Below are positions 1-13,000 of a DNA stretch of 64,000 nt, in pieces (the stretch's first letter is position 1; each line of letters starts with the position of its first letter). Source of the stretch: Paraspadella gotoi (lineage: Eukaryota; Animalia; Chaetognatha); NCBI GenBank assembly GCA_051294375.1, contig CM119268.1:14873897-14937896 (forward strand), read 5' to 3'. Both the position numbers and the translations under genes were made by a program. The notes below the pieces were generated by a model, which saw only the letters and a list, made by a program, of their open reading frames with translations, was not told where the DNA came from and did no database searches.

Positions 1-451
1 CCTCAACGACCGCGCGCCGTCGTCATGGAAGAAAACGAGCGCCTGATTTTTCCAGTTTGAACCAAAACAACTTCGCCGCTCATTTTCCACTGAAAAAAAA
101 ACAGGAATAAAAAAAAAGGAAAAAAAAAGTTTTTTTTATTGCGAAAAAGCGAATCGAAGCTGTGTGACGTTAGGATGTGGAACGCTCGAAGGCGGGAAAA
201 AAAAAACGGCTGAGTTCCTCTGACGGCGACAAACGGAAAATAAACAAAAGGCAGCGACAGCCACCAACAAAGAGGCAAAAGAGGCAACAGCTCCTCCCTT
301 TGGCTCTCTGTCTCGTTTCTCTCTCTTTCTGATTCTCACTCTCTCATCTCTCCTCCTCGTCGTCTCATCTCTGTCTTCCGTCTGCGTCTCTCGTCTCTCT
401 CCTCTCTCTCTCTATTCTCTCTCTCTGTTGTGTCTCTGTCTCTCTGTAAAA

Positions 452-977
452 ATGGCGACATCTATCGGACTCTTTGGCACGACGCCGGCTGAGCAGACCA
501 AAAGGCCTAACGGCGCTCGGACGGCGCGCTCTCGCTGTCGGCGTCGACCAGCGTTGAATTTTCTCGTCGCCGACGACAAACTCCTTGGCAATGACGCCGC
601 AAACGATGGCATCGACGCCGTTAAACTTTCGACGCCACCAATTTTGATTCTTCGCCGGATTTCGACGACGCCGGTTTGTAAAACCAAAACGACGCCACGA
701 CGTCGAACCAGATTCCGGTTCCAGCTCCCGCCGCCCCTCTGCTTCCTCCTCTTCCTCCTCCCCCTTCTCTCCCTCTCTTCGGCGTCGGATCGCGAGTTTC
801 TCGATCTTTACACCAAAACGTCATCGGCGCCGAATTCCGGCGCCAGAAGCATCAACGGCGTCGGCGTTGGAGTCGTTGACGGCGCCGCCCCGGGACGGGG
901 CGTCGTCGTCGACGACAACAGATGCGAATTGATGACGACGACGAAATGCGACAAGGCCGTCGGATACAACCTCACGA
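452..977 (+). CDS. Frizzled-CRD membrane protein, exon 1 (basic leader, hydrophobic signal/anchor, CRD Cys1-2)
   Basis: ATG in aaaaATGG context; open frame MATSIG...LCFLLFLLPLLSLSSA...RCELMTTTKCDKAVGYNLT; CRD-typical GYNxT sequon followed by phase-1 donor A|GTAAG at 978. Confidence 0.85.
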
Positions 978-1861
978 GTAAGATTCCTTCTTTTGTGTTC
1001 GGCAATCGACGTTCAGACTCATTTGCATTTTGCGGTGTGAGCGATTTTGTGAGAAAAGAGGGGACGATTGGGTGAAAGGATTATTTATGGGTAATGGGAG
1101 CGAGGGCGAGCTGAGTAAAATTGTAGTTTTAAAGCTTTAACCATAGTATAGTACGTATATTTGACATGTTTTTTTAAATTCCATTATTATATTCCATTTA
1201 CATTAATTTAAATATATAAGACCAAAATTAACTCGATATGTATAAATTATTTACACGAGCTACAACATTAATTCTGAAAGATTTCCCTGTTTTATATCGG
1301 ACGAAGAATAAGCGAAAAACGATTTCCTGACTCCGAGGAAAATCGCACGGGTACATCGAGATGGAAAAAAAGATTTACGGCGGGAAAATCTGAGGAACGT
1401 TTAGCGTTTAATGCTGACTGATTGCGAAGCGATGGCATTGAATAGAGTTCCGCTATGTGGGTCAGAAAATTATAATCTCATAGCGTAAAATAGTAATTAT
1501 ACAGACTTAGCTATTTAAAGATAAAAAACCAACGTTGAAACTTTAAATGACAAATTCAATCCCAATCGTCGCCAATAATATAGACTCCCGATGTCCATTT
1601 GACACTGATATATGAAGTAAGCATCGATTTCGCATTAAAGCCATGATAGGTTTTTCGCTTAAAAGCGCTTGAGGCTTGAGGCCACCTCGATACCTCGAAG
1701 TTAGAAACGGCGGTCGGAATTCAGTAGAGGAGCACGACGCGCGAGCGCGAAGTCGCACTGAGAAAAAAAATTCACGGGGCATGGTTCATTTGCATACGGA
1801 AATTTGCTCTTCGGTTTGAGAAAAAAAAAGAGAGGAAGAGAGAGCGAGAGAGGAGAGAGAG

Positions 1862-1930
<69 letters not shown>

Positions 1931-2568
1931 TGAGGAAAACAGAGGAGTTTAAAAAGGGGCAGGGAGGGGAGAGAAAGAGAGGTCAGTCTAGAAGGTAAAA
2001 ACGAGGCGCGAAACAAAAAGAAATTTTTTTAAAAAAAGGGACAAAAAAATTTAAACTTAAAAGAGGAAAAAAATACTGAAAGGATTTGCCCTATTTTACC
2101 CACAGGATAAGTTATGCCTCACGCTATAAACCTCTTCCCGGTCACTCTCTCTTCCTTTCTCTCTTTTTCACGCGGGATAAAACGTAAAAACTACAAAGTT
2201 TTACGACGTAAGGTTAATCGTAAAGAGGGCGGAATTTCACGCTGCAGAAAGTTTAAAGAGTATTGCAAACCAACGCTCATTAACATTTTAACGCCACCTC
2301 GATTTTTTACATTTTTTCAGATAAGATTAAGTTTGGAACTTTGGTACTATTCATACACGAGTTATTTAAAATTAAATTCATAATCTTTGTGTAACTTGAA
2401 AAACGAATTTAAGCACTAAGTGAAAAGAGAGGGGAAAAAAAGAGACAGAGAGGGGAGAGAGGGAGAGAGAGAAAATCTCGAAAAAAACTCAAGACGGTGC
2501 CCCCACGCGATATTCGTTTGACGAAGTAACCTCATGATCGCCAAAATATACACAAACACGAGCTGCTT

Positions 2569-2624
<56 letters not shown>

Positions 2625-2903
2625 TCTCTCTCTCCTCCCTTCCTCACCCCTCTCGCGATCACCCCGTCGGACGATTCCCTCACGTTCCACCGTTTACTCC
2701 GCCCACAGCAATATGCAAATTGGATTTTTGACTCATCAACCGCATAGACTCTCGCTCTCTCTTTCTTACTCACCATAACCATTTCCGCTAACCCCCCCCT
2801 TCGGACTCACCTCACGACTTTCCGTCTCAAAATCTCGTTAATCTTTCCTTCGTTAATCTGTCTCCCTCTCTATCTATCTCTCACTCTCCCTCGCCATTTT
2901 CAG

Positions 2904-3046
2904 AGTTGCCCAACGTTTGGGGCCATCGGGCGAAAGTGGAGCGCGACGAGGACGTTCAGCTCTTCGGCGTTTTGATGAGAAGCGACTGCAGCAAAGACAT
3001 CAGACCTTTCCTTTGCGCCACCTTCTATCCGCAGTGCGATCCCAGG
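2904..3046 (+). CDS. Frizzled-CRD protein, exon 2 (CRD Cys3-5)
   Basis: Acceptor catttttcag-type (CAG at 2901-2903), donor GTGAGT at 3047. Spliced to exon 1 it reads (K)LPNVWGHRAKVERDEDVQLFGVLMRSDCSKDIRPFLCATFYPQCDPR, the Fz-domain PN..GH...C...FLC....P.C pattern. Phase 1 in, phase 0 out. Confidence 0.92.
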
Positions 3047-3053
3047 GTGAGTA

Positions 3054-3118
3054 AAACTGATGCGCCAAACTGATGTGCCACACTGATGTACCAAACTGAT
3101 GTGTTCACTTGATATGCC
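3054..3118. repeat. 13-bp minisatellite, about 5 degenerate copies
   Basis: Units such as aaactgatgcgcc / aaactgatgtgcc, just inside intron 2. Confidence 0.85.
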
Positions 3119-3155
3119 AGAAGAGGCAACAAAAAACGCCATCATCGATTTGTCT

Positions 3156-3235
<80 letters not shown>
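3156..3235. repeat. (TCG)n microsatellite
   Basis: Pure run of about 26 units. Confidence 0.98.
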
Positions 3236-3238
<3 letters not shown>

Positions 3239-4313
3239 CTAGATTTTCGGTCAGGACAAGAAATAACTCAGTCGGAATTGTTTTTGTCTCTCGACAGAAA
3301 CGAGTTAAGCAATAGGAACCCATTTTCTCAGACATTTTTGCCAGTAATTTTTAGTTAAAAAAAAAACAACTTATTAATAAACCTTTTAATTGTGTTAGGA
3401 ATGCGCATTTTAAGTCACTTTTTCCGTTTACCCACTCTGTTCAACAAATATAGAGTGCGCGAGTAAAGCGAGTTATGTGAACAATGAAAGGTAAAGTGAG
3501 TTCCGTGAATCGCGAGGTCGGAATGTCTCATCTCTTTTCACGAGGCTCAGGTCGACTTCCCTCCTCAAAGGTGAGATCTCGACGATTAGGGTCGCGGGAA
3601 GAAACGCGTTTCGGTCGCCGTCGCAAATCCGTTGGCGCGGAAGGGAAAACGGGGAAGGTGAGGGGTTGGGGATGGTGCAGGTGGGTTGGTGGGTTGGTGG
3701 GTGAGGAAACCTAATTCGATCGTATCGAGAAAGGTCGAGGATTTTCGGGTAAGGCTGTCGTGTTAACGATTATTGGATGAGAAGTCGTAGGCAACGGGGA
3801 TAAAAAAAAACGAGTGGGTTTGACAGGGGCATCTGAGGAAAGGAAGCGAGAAAAGATATATCGGGAGCGGTGAGTTCTCTGATCCCCCCCCCCAACGAGG
3901 TGAGTTTAAGTTGGAATCGAAAATCGACGGACCGGAATCCGGAGGGTAAGGGACTTCCGGGGATTGGCGAGGCAATGGGGTGAGTGAAAGATAGGTGAAG
4001 CCATTTCAACGGAATGAAGGAAAGTAGAGAAAAAAGAGTCGAGCGAGGGTGAGCAAATTCGGGTGACGAGTTGCGCCTTCGCGTCAGTTTCTGGTTGCTT
4101 TTTTTTTTGTGTCACCAGACGAAAGTGACAAAAGCCGCGCGTGCATTCCTCACGTGCGTGATGAAAGCAAAACGACGATTCATGTCGCGAACGTGCGAGC
4201 GTTAGGGATTGCAGATATCTGTTGTTGATGTTTAACCTTCTCTGCGGTGTGATCTAATTCAGTCAATGAAGGGAAACATGACGCGAATCTCTCTCTCGCT
4301 CGCTCTCTCTCTA

Positions 4314-4398
<85 letters not shown>

Positions 4399-5324
4399 CT
4401 CGCTCTCAACTGACAGTCTGTCTGTCTGTCTGTCGTACTCCCCACTAACCGGAGGTCAATAGTGTTCTTATGATCGTTTTTCTGCTTTGTTTGTTTTGGT
4501 TCGGGCCATAAACCAGTGAAGATATCACACTTTTTTTTCAGTCTTTTCTTGATAAAAACAATTTGTATGAGGAAGAATATAAGAAAAGAAAGTAAAAGAA
4601 AAATACTAGCGAAACATGAAACAATACTGAGAGAAACGTTAAAACTAATAAACACGTATGTTATAGAATTTTAAAAGAATATAAAATTAATGTAAATAAG
4701 AGTCCAGTACGAGATCCCCCAAGCTCTCTTCCTTTTTCCGCTATTGAATAGGAGATTTAAAGAAATGAGAAAATGAAAAAAAAAAAAAATTTTTTCATCA
4801 AAGAAAAAAAATTGTAGCAGATCGAAAGGCTTATCTCTTTGCGAGGCGAAGCGAACTAAACAGAACACGACACAAGTATCTAGGTTCTATCCAAATAACA
4901 AATTGATAAAAATTGATATCAGTTTTATTTCGGAGGGAAAATAAAAAGATTATATATTAAGTACAATCTTTTTATTGCGACGGAGACTGAGGGAAAGGTC
5001 CGGCTTCTTTTTTTCTATTGCCAGTTACTTGTTGCCTATTTAGGAAATTAGGTTTATTTACTATACGAATTAATTTACGAATCATGCTTTACATAAAACA
5101 ATAATGGCACAGTTTTCGACGAAATGTTTTACTTAGAATTTTGAATTGTAAATTTTTACATTTAAACGAAAAATTTATAATGGAAGTTAGTAAATGATTA
5201 AATGAAGATATGCTCGAACTATGACCGTATAGCTATAGGATAGAAATCTCTCCACTATCCCGATCTTACAGTTCTCCCGCTGTCCTTTAATCTCCCTACT
5301 CCACGCCTCTCCAACTTCCTCTCT

Positions 5325-5384
5325 CCCTTCTCTCCAGCCCCATCAAACCTCCCGCCCTTCTCTCCAGCCCCATCAAACCTCCCG
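5325..5384. repeat. Perfect 30-bp tandem duplication
   Basis: cccttctctccagccccatcaaacctcccg occurs twice. Confidence 0.95.
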
Positions 5385-5719
5385 TCCGCCCGCGAATCTC
5401 CGCGGATTCTCCGCATCCCCCGAGGAGATTGTACGAGGAGTTTGGCGAGGACGAAGTTCGTTCGAGAAAAAACGAACTCGGCTTAAAATTAAAGGAGGAA
5501 AGGAAAAGCGATAAAAAAGAGACATCACTGGCTGGGGGGAGAGGGCGAGCAGGGAGCGAGGGGACAGAATGGACGGGGGTAGAACAACGAATTCGGGGAA
5601 AGACGGAGAAGAATAAGCTGTATAACAAATAAACTCAAAACAGAAAGATATTAGAAGCAAATTAAAAAATGGATATTAAAAAAAAAGGAATGAATGATAG
5701 AGGAAGGAGAGGAGAGGGA

Positions 5720-5806
<87 letters not shown>

Positions 5807-5989
5807 TGAGTGAGTGACGAGCGAGATAGAGAGAGAGTGAGTGAGAGTGAGTGAGACGAGAGGGCGGCGAGGAGAGAGAGAGAGCTTTCCTCCCCGGAAA
5901 GAATCATCGAGAAAACGAGAACATATGGCCGACCGGCGTCCGGGAGGGAGACGAGAAAAAAATTAGGAAAGACAAAAAAAAAAAAGAGA

Positions 5990-6023
<34 letters not shown>

Positions 6024-6298
6024 GGAGGGAGAGAGAGAGAGAAAGAGCAATCATTTTTTACATGTATTCCCCCATTCTTTTTTTTTTTCATTCCGTTGTT
6101 CAATTCTCCCGCTTGGTCACGTGACTATCCGCCATTTGCATTCCGATTCTCTTTTCCGATCTGAGGTTTTGACGGAGGACTTTTCTCCCGCGGGATTTTC
6201 TGACTGTCAAGATCTCGAACAAATTTCCTCTTTTTTTGTCTCTGTCTTTCTGCTCTGTCTCCCATAACGTGCTTGTAAACATTCATGTTTAAAAAAAA

Positions 6299-6299
<1 letters not shown>

Positions 6300-6338
<39 letters not shown>

Positions 6339-6417
6339 AAATAAATAAATAAATAAATAAATAAAATATAAATAAATAAAATAAATATAAATAAATAATT
6401 AAATAAATAAATATATA

Positions 6418-6456
<39 letters not shown>

Positions 6457-6524
6457 AAAATAAATAAATAAATAAATAAATATAATAAATAATAATAATA
6501 TATATGTATATAAAAAATAAATAA

Positions 6525-6567
<43 letters not shown>

Positions 6568-6570
6568 AAA
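6300..6570. repeat. (TAAA)n degenerate microsatellite
   Basis: About 270 bp of almost pure A/T. Confidence 0.95.
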
Positions 6571-6889
6571 ATTAATCGTTACATAACTTGATTAACGAGA
6601 TGACACCCTGCGAACGTCTTCATCGCGTTCAGCGTCGATCGCATCCAACTCTTTCTCGCCTTCAGATTCCCCGCCGCTGCCGCCGCCGCCGCCGCCCGCC
6701 GACGTCCGGGCGTCAGAACTTTGACCCAAAAAAAATGTTTTTTTCATTTCGATTCCGCTGATGATTTTTTTTTTTTTCCTTTGGAGCGAAAATCGGATCT
6801 GAAAGTCAGATTACAGGAGGAAAAATTCTCGTGCCTTCGGGGGGAAGAGAGGGGGAGGAGAGAAAGGGGGGGAAATACAGAAATGGGGG

Positions 6890-7290
6890 TTGAGGCATCA
6901 TGAGGAAGGAGAGGAAGGCCAAGTAGGTACGGTGACGCGTGGGACTGAGGACGGAAAGACGAAGGTGAAGTTGGAAGAAGAGGGTAGTGGAAATAGTTGC
7001 CTGGAATCATGAACGGTGGCGCAAGGTGGAGGGAAGAGATTAAAAAGGGGTCCTGGAATCACGATGGGGGACGATTGCAAAGTGAGGCGATGCGAAAGGA
7101 GGGTCCGACGTAAGGAGGCTCATCAAAATAGGGAAGTGATTTGGCTGGTGATTCCAAGACTGTGATTTTGCCAGTCACAAGGAGAGGATTGTGCTTTTGA
7201 TAATGCTTGATCAGTGAGACATATATTCTGGGAATGTCAGGCATCAGATCCCAAGCGACATCGAGCATAGGAGAAAAAAGGGGAAATTTA
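6890..7290 (+). mobile_element. Decayed non-LTR retrotransposon (LINE) ORF2 C-terminal fragment
   Basis: One frame with stops reads NREVIWLVIPRL*FCQSQGEDCAFDNA*SVRHIFWEC; HIFWEC (7220-7237) fits the C-terminal Cys/His motif (zf-RVT-like) of LINE ORF2. Composition differs from the flanks. Confidence 0.55.
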
Positions 7291-8448
7291 TTCTCAGTGT
7301 CGCCTGATCATCATTTACCTTCCTCTTTTGACTTTGACTTTGAGAATGATGAAAAGGCTGCCGCTGCCGCTGCTCCTGCTGTTGTTGCAGCCAACGACGT
7401 AGATGACGCAAGGAATGTTAAAAATAATGGTGCTGCTTCTGCTTATGAAGCGATTACGACGACGTTTCCGCGGCCGGGAGTACGACGACGACGACGACGA
7501 TGATAATGATGATGATGATGATGATGACGATGATTTTTTGTTGTTTTGAATTCGTGAAAAAACGGTGAATATTTAATAAATTCCCTCGAGTTAAAAACGA
7601 ATAATTCGAGAAGGAAATTGTGCGAAGGATGAAAGACGACGACGACGAAAACGACGACCACGACGAAAAAGAGGCGGAGACGAAAGCGACGAAGAAAAAC
7701 GAAGGCGAATGGAAGAGGCTCTTTTCGTGTCCTCGCCCGACGTTAAGAGTTGTTTAATGCCCGTCGCTCTTTTTCGGACAGAGGAGGAGTCGGGCGCCCG
7801 CCCTTCGAACGANNNNNNNNNNCGAACCGCAAACGAGCTGCTCGAGCCGATTGTTCTAAAAGAGGGCGCGTCGCGAGGCGGTTGAAATGACGAATGCGCC
7901 TTCAACGACGACGACGATGAGGACGACGATGATGACGACGACGGAGACGTTAAAGGCGTCGCTTCTCCCCTCCTTCTTCCTCGATTTAGCGCTTTTCGCT
8001 AATATTAATACCGTTAAATCAAATTAAAGCCTCTAATTGTTTTGTTCATGATCAAAATCGCATTAAATTAAATCCCAAATTAATTTTTTGTAGGAATTAT
8101 TAATATTTTTATCTACTTTTTTCTGGGTGTATGCCTTTCATTAAAAAAAAAATATTGAAATTAAATATAAAAAAATTTTTTTAAAAATGAAAAATACTAT
8201 GGCGACGGGGGACTATGAATAGAGAAACGAATGAAATGTGAATAAAACATGAATAGAAATATTAAAGAAAACGCGGATACAGAATAAAAAAGGAGATGGG
8301 GAGGTGCGCGAGAATTCCGTTAGAGGCCGCCACGGGGCTTTTGTGTCCTTGAGCGACGTGACAAATTGTCGCTCTTAAGCGATTCGCAGAGAAAAACAAA
8401 AGACAGCTAGGAAAGAAAAAAAAAACAAAAAGTAAAACTAACATATGT

Positions 8449-8486
<38 letters not shown>

Positions 8487-9008
8487 ACGAGAAAGAAAAA
8501 TGAAAATTGGATTATGGCGAGGCGCTCGCGAGGGTCGATGAAAGGGATGAATGTGGTTTTGAGACAAAATACACACAATAAAAATATAACAGTGAGATGA
8601 GAAATGAAAACAGTTATGAAATTCGTAATACCAATAAAAAAAGGTGTTTATGTTTTAAAAAACAACGATGGCATTGTAAATTGTAAATTTTAATTAAAAC
8701 CTTTTCTTATGAAAAGGAATATTGACTAAAAACCATATTGACAAACATAAATTTTTACCAGAGACAAGTATTGAACTATTTAGACTTTTAGTTGTCTTCG
8801 GCATAAAAAGCATCTAAAATCTTTTTTTTTCTGTATTTATAAATCTTGACTTCCCCCTTCTTTTGAGTACTCCACGTCTATCGGACCACCTTGCTTTCCA
8901 AAGCTACTATACTATAACCTAATCCAAAGTCAACAATCGCCNNNNNNNNNNAATGTTCTCCTCCCACCGACCGACAAAAAAACCGATTTTGGTCGTCAGG
9001 ACATTGAG

Positions 9009-9040
<32 letters not shown>

Positions 9041-9920
9041 CGACAACGAAAACGACGACGACGCCGACGGCGACAAAAAACGATAGAGAAAATGTGTCTC
9101 CCATTTACCTGATATCTTTTTGCGAGGGAACCTCTATGGGCTGGGGGGTTTGGTCTGAGGAGACCGTTCCTAAAACTCCGGAGACGAAAAGACTTCAGCT
9201 TTTCTGCATCACGATATCAAAAACTCTCCCCCCCCCCAACGTGGGCCGTCTGTTTGAACCCTTATTCACATTTCCAATTACCAAAAACGCGAGTCGTGTG
9301 AGTCCATACTCTCTAAACGTGAATGTTAAGATTCACTTTTGTGCTTAGTGCGTCTCTCTTAATATCAAGGTAATTTTTTCTTCACTTCTCAGTCCTCACG
9401 GTGATACTTTTCGACGATTCTCTCGTGATTCTCCTCACTCGTTTTTTTTTTTTTTTTGCGTGCCTCACCTCTTCACTGCGAAAAATCGTGGGAACTTTCC
9501 CTCCCGTGAATCGCTTGAGCCATTATCAAAGTGATTTTCCTCAACCAATCACTTGGTTTTTTTATATCCTTCACATTCACTGAATAACTCACAGGCGTTC
9601 CGCCTCATGGTTAAGTAATTCCTAGAAGGTAAATGATGATGGACATCTGGTATTATTTTTTGGATGGTTTATTTAAAAAAATTGTCAAACCGTATTCTTA
9701 GTTGTCTTTTCTTAGTCTTTTCTCATCCTCGTTCCCGTCTTTTATATTCTCTCTCAAGGAATCGATAAATTAATTACTACTAACAGACGACCGTACACTA
9801 AATCGGAAAATGAAAAAAAGAGCGCGTCTACATAATACAACTCTGTGAAAATTTAATGAAGAAAAAAACTTGTTAATGTCCTTGGAGCCAAAGGAAAGAA
9901 ATAAAGAGAGAAAAGACAAA

Positions 9921-10064
<144 letters not shown>

Positions 10065-13000
10065 GGGAGAGCGAGAAATTCGGATTCGGTCTGAAATCGA
10101 AAACTCGGTTAAGTGGCGACTGGTGGCGCCTCAGTCCTCGTTTCGACGCCGAGTTTCATCATCTCCGCAATTTTTTGCGTCCTTTTCCGTCTTCCGCGTC
10201 ATTCTTCGTCAATCCGCGCCGCCGCTCGATTCGAGCCAGACGCTGCGTCAATTTTTTTTTTCCCTCTATCGTTTCCGCGATGGGCCGACAAGTCTTTGGT
10301 GGCGCCAGTATTAGTCATTAAGCTTTTCTCTCAGCCATCCTTTCCTTTGACTCTTCATTCGAGGCGATTAAACAGAATCCTTCCCCATTTTTATTATTTA
10401 TTCCGCGCCATTTGAGCTAATTTTAGTTTAATTTTAGTTTAATTTTCCCTTTTTTTTCGACGTCGTTAAATTCCCAGTTTTGTTTCATTTCGTCCCCGAA
10501 TCGTCGTCGTGATTTTTCCCTCGTTTTGGTGGCCATTTTTTTTGCACTATTATCAACATTCTAGGGTTTTGGCGAAAGACGACGATAGAGGAAACCGACG
10601 ATTACGAGAATGAGACGACGAATACACAACAGTAATTTTTGATATTAACTATTTTCAAAGACTTAAGGTGAAACGACAAACGATGTACTGACGATGAGAT
10701 GACTGATGGAGACGAACATGACACTCTGATAATTTGATTTAAACGATAAATTATAAATATATTTGGCCGAAAGAACACGAGACGACGGACACGGAGACGA
10801 ACCGAACTATGACAAATGAAACACGGTGAAGAAAACGATCAGACAAGTGGCGAAAGACCGATGACGAGACGATGTTAGAGACGACGAGACGACGAGATGA
10901 GAGACGATACGACGACGATAAGAAAACGATCACAACAGATAATTCGACCTGACGAACGGTGTGACGTACGATGACGATCGAGGACCTTCTGAGCGGATCG
11001 ACATACGACTGAAAATACATTGACGAGTTGGCGAAGATCGATGACAAAGATTCCTATACGTTTTGTTACGTAATTTTCCAAAAAAAATAATACTTCTATT
11101 ATTCATTTCTGTTTCTTATCATTTAGCGGTCGACCGTCGTCAGCTAATTTGGATACAACTTGTGATCTGCAATTGTCGACTCGACAACCATTGACTGATG
11201 ACGACCGACATAATTTGTATCTGAATCCTTGATATCCTATGAATGACTGATCCGACCAGAGACGACCAGATCTTCTACAATGACGTATCTGATACCACAA
11301 TGACGACCGACCACAATGACGACACGACCACAATGACGACCGACCACAATGACGACCGACCACAATAGACCGACCGACCGACAAATGACGACCGCCGTGA
11401 CGACGACGACGCGGGATCGAGAAAATCGAACCTCGGAGAAAATTTGTGTCGCCGTTGGGAAAAATTTATCGCCTTCGAAGGGAAATGGGAGGAGGAGGAG
11501 GATGAGAGAAGGAGGGGAAGGAGGAGTGAGTTAGAAGGTGGAAAAAGTAGGGACTGATTGGGATTCAAGAGTTGAGCAGTATGGTGAATGGGCGTTGGCG
11601 GGATGCATGGTGATTGGCGAAGCGGTAGGATTGGGGGAAGGATAAGGAAGATCAAGCGTGGGTCTAAGGTATCGCTTCTAAAATAATATATAATAGTACA
11701 TATTTTTCTTTAGATATCTGCCTGCCTGATATTGCTACTTTTTTTAATAAAATTCTCTCTCATCTTCTCCCTCTCTTCTCTCTGCTTTAAAATTCTCTCT
11801 TCTCCCTTTCTCCCTCTCTTCTCTCTCCTTCAAATCTTTCTTCTCCCTTTCTCCTCTCTTCTCTCTCTTTAAAATTCTCTCTTCTCCCTTTCTCCCTCTC
11901 TTCTCTCTCCTTCAAATTCTCTTCTCCCTTTTCTCCTCTTCTCCTTTCTCTTTCTTCCTTTTCTATATATCTTCTCCCCCCCCTCTTCCCCTCTTCTCCT
12001 CCCTTCCCCCCCCCCCCGTAAAAAAAAACCCGGTCGTTCCAGAAACAATGTGGAAAATTTTCGTCGGCGCCATTTTCTAGGTTTTGTTGTTGTCGTCGTT
12101 GTCGTTGTCGTCGTAGTCGTTATCTACGGCGAAGTGGAAGTCGTCGTTAGAGTCGTCGTTATCGCTGTCGTTACATCGTCGTCATCTTCGTTCGTCGCTG
12201 ACGTTTGGCGTAGAAAGGGGAGAAAAATGGACTTCACTGGCAATCACTGTATATCCGTTTATTGAAGCAAAGTCGACCAACAGGGTTACAGGTAACGCAA
12301 TCTTGACTAATATCCCAGACTTTACAATTTTGTTTTTCCATGAGATAAATTGGTGAACTTTGGCAAAAACAATATATTATACTACTCTATATTTAATATG
12401 GCAACCAGTAGAGAACAATAATAAACAACAATAAACCGAATCTCAATACTTTGTAGTCAAATCGCCTCGCTCTCAACTCTCGCCGCGACTCTCGCATTGT
12501 CTCCATCTCCGTCTTTCATTCGATATTCCTTCCACTTTTACTGAGTCATTGTCCTCTTCACCCGAAACCAAAGACCATCCCCCTTCTTTTCCTCTCCATG
12601 CTCACCAACGTTTCGCTCCATGTCCCGCCCATCCTGTTTCTCATTGTCCCGCCCAACTGTGTCTGGGAACAAACGAAGCGGAAAATTTGTGTCGTTATCT
12701 CCGCGTCGTGTCGGCGTTGTCGTCGTCTTTTTTGTCGTCGTGTTGAACTTAATCTTCTTTGTTGACACAGCGTCGGAGTTGCCGTCGTTTAGGCGCCGTT
12801 TTTGTTCTCGTACTGATCTCGTTGTCGGCAGCTGAAATCTAAATTTTAATTTTAGTTGATATGTTCGGTGATTGTAATTGTTTTACAAATTTTTCCTCAA
12901 CATGGTTTAAAAACCCTTCTCCGAACAATGAACGTTGCCAACAAACTTGATCGTAAATGTTTTTCACATTTACGTGACGACTAAAAAAAACAATCCACCT

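Noticed and set aside
7309-9640. 16-nt inverted match (gaaggtaaatgatgat) suggesting a snoRNA box C or TIR
   Set aside because: No box D partner or target-site duplication; low-complexity match compatible with chance.
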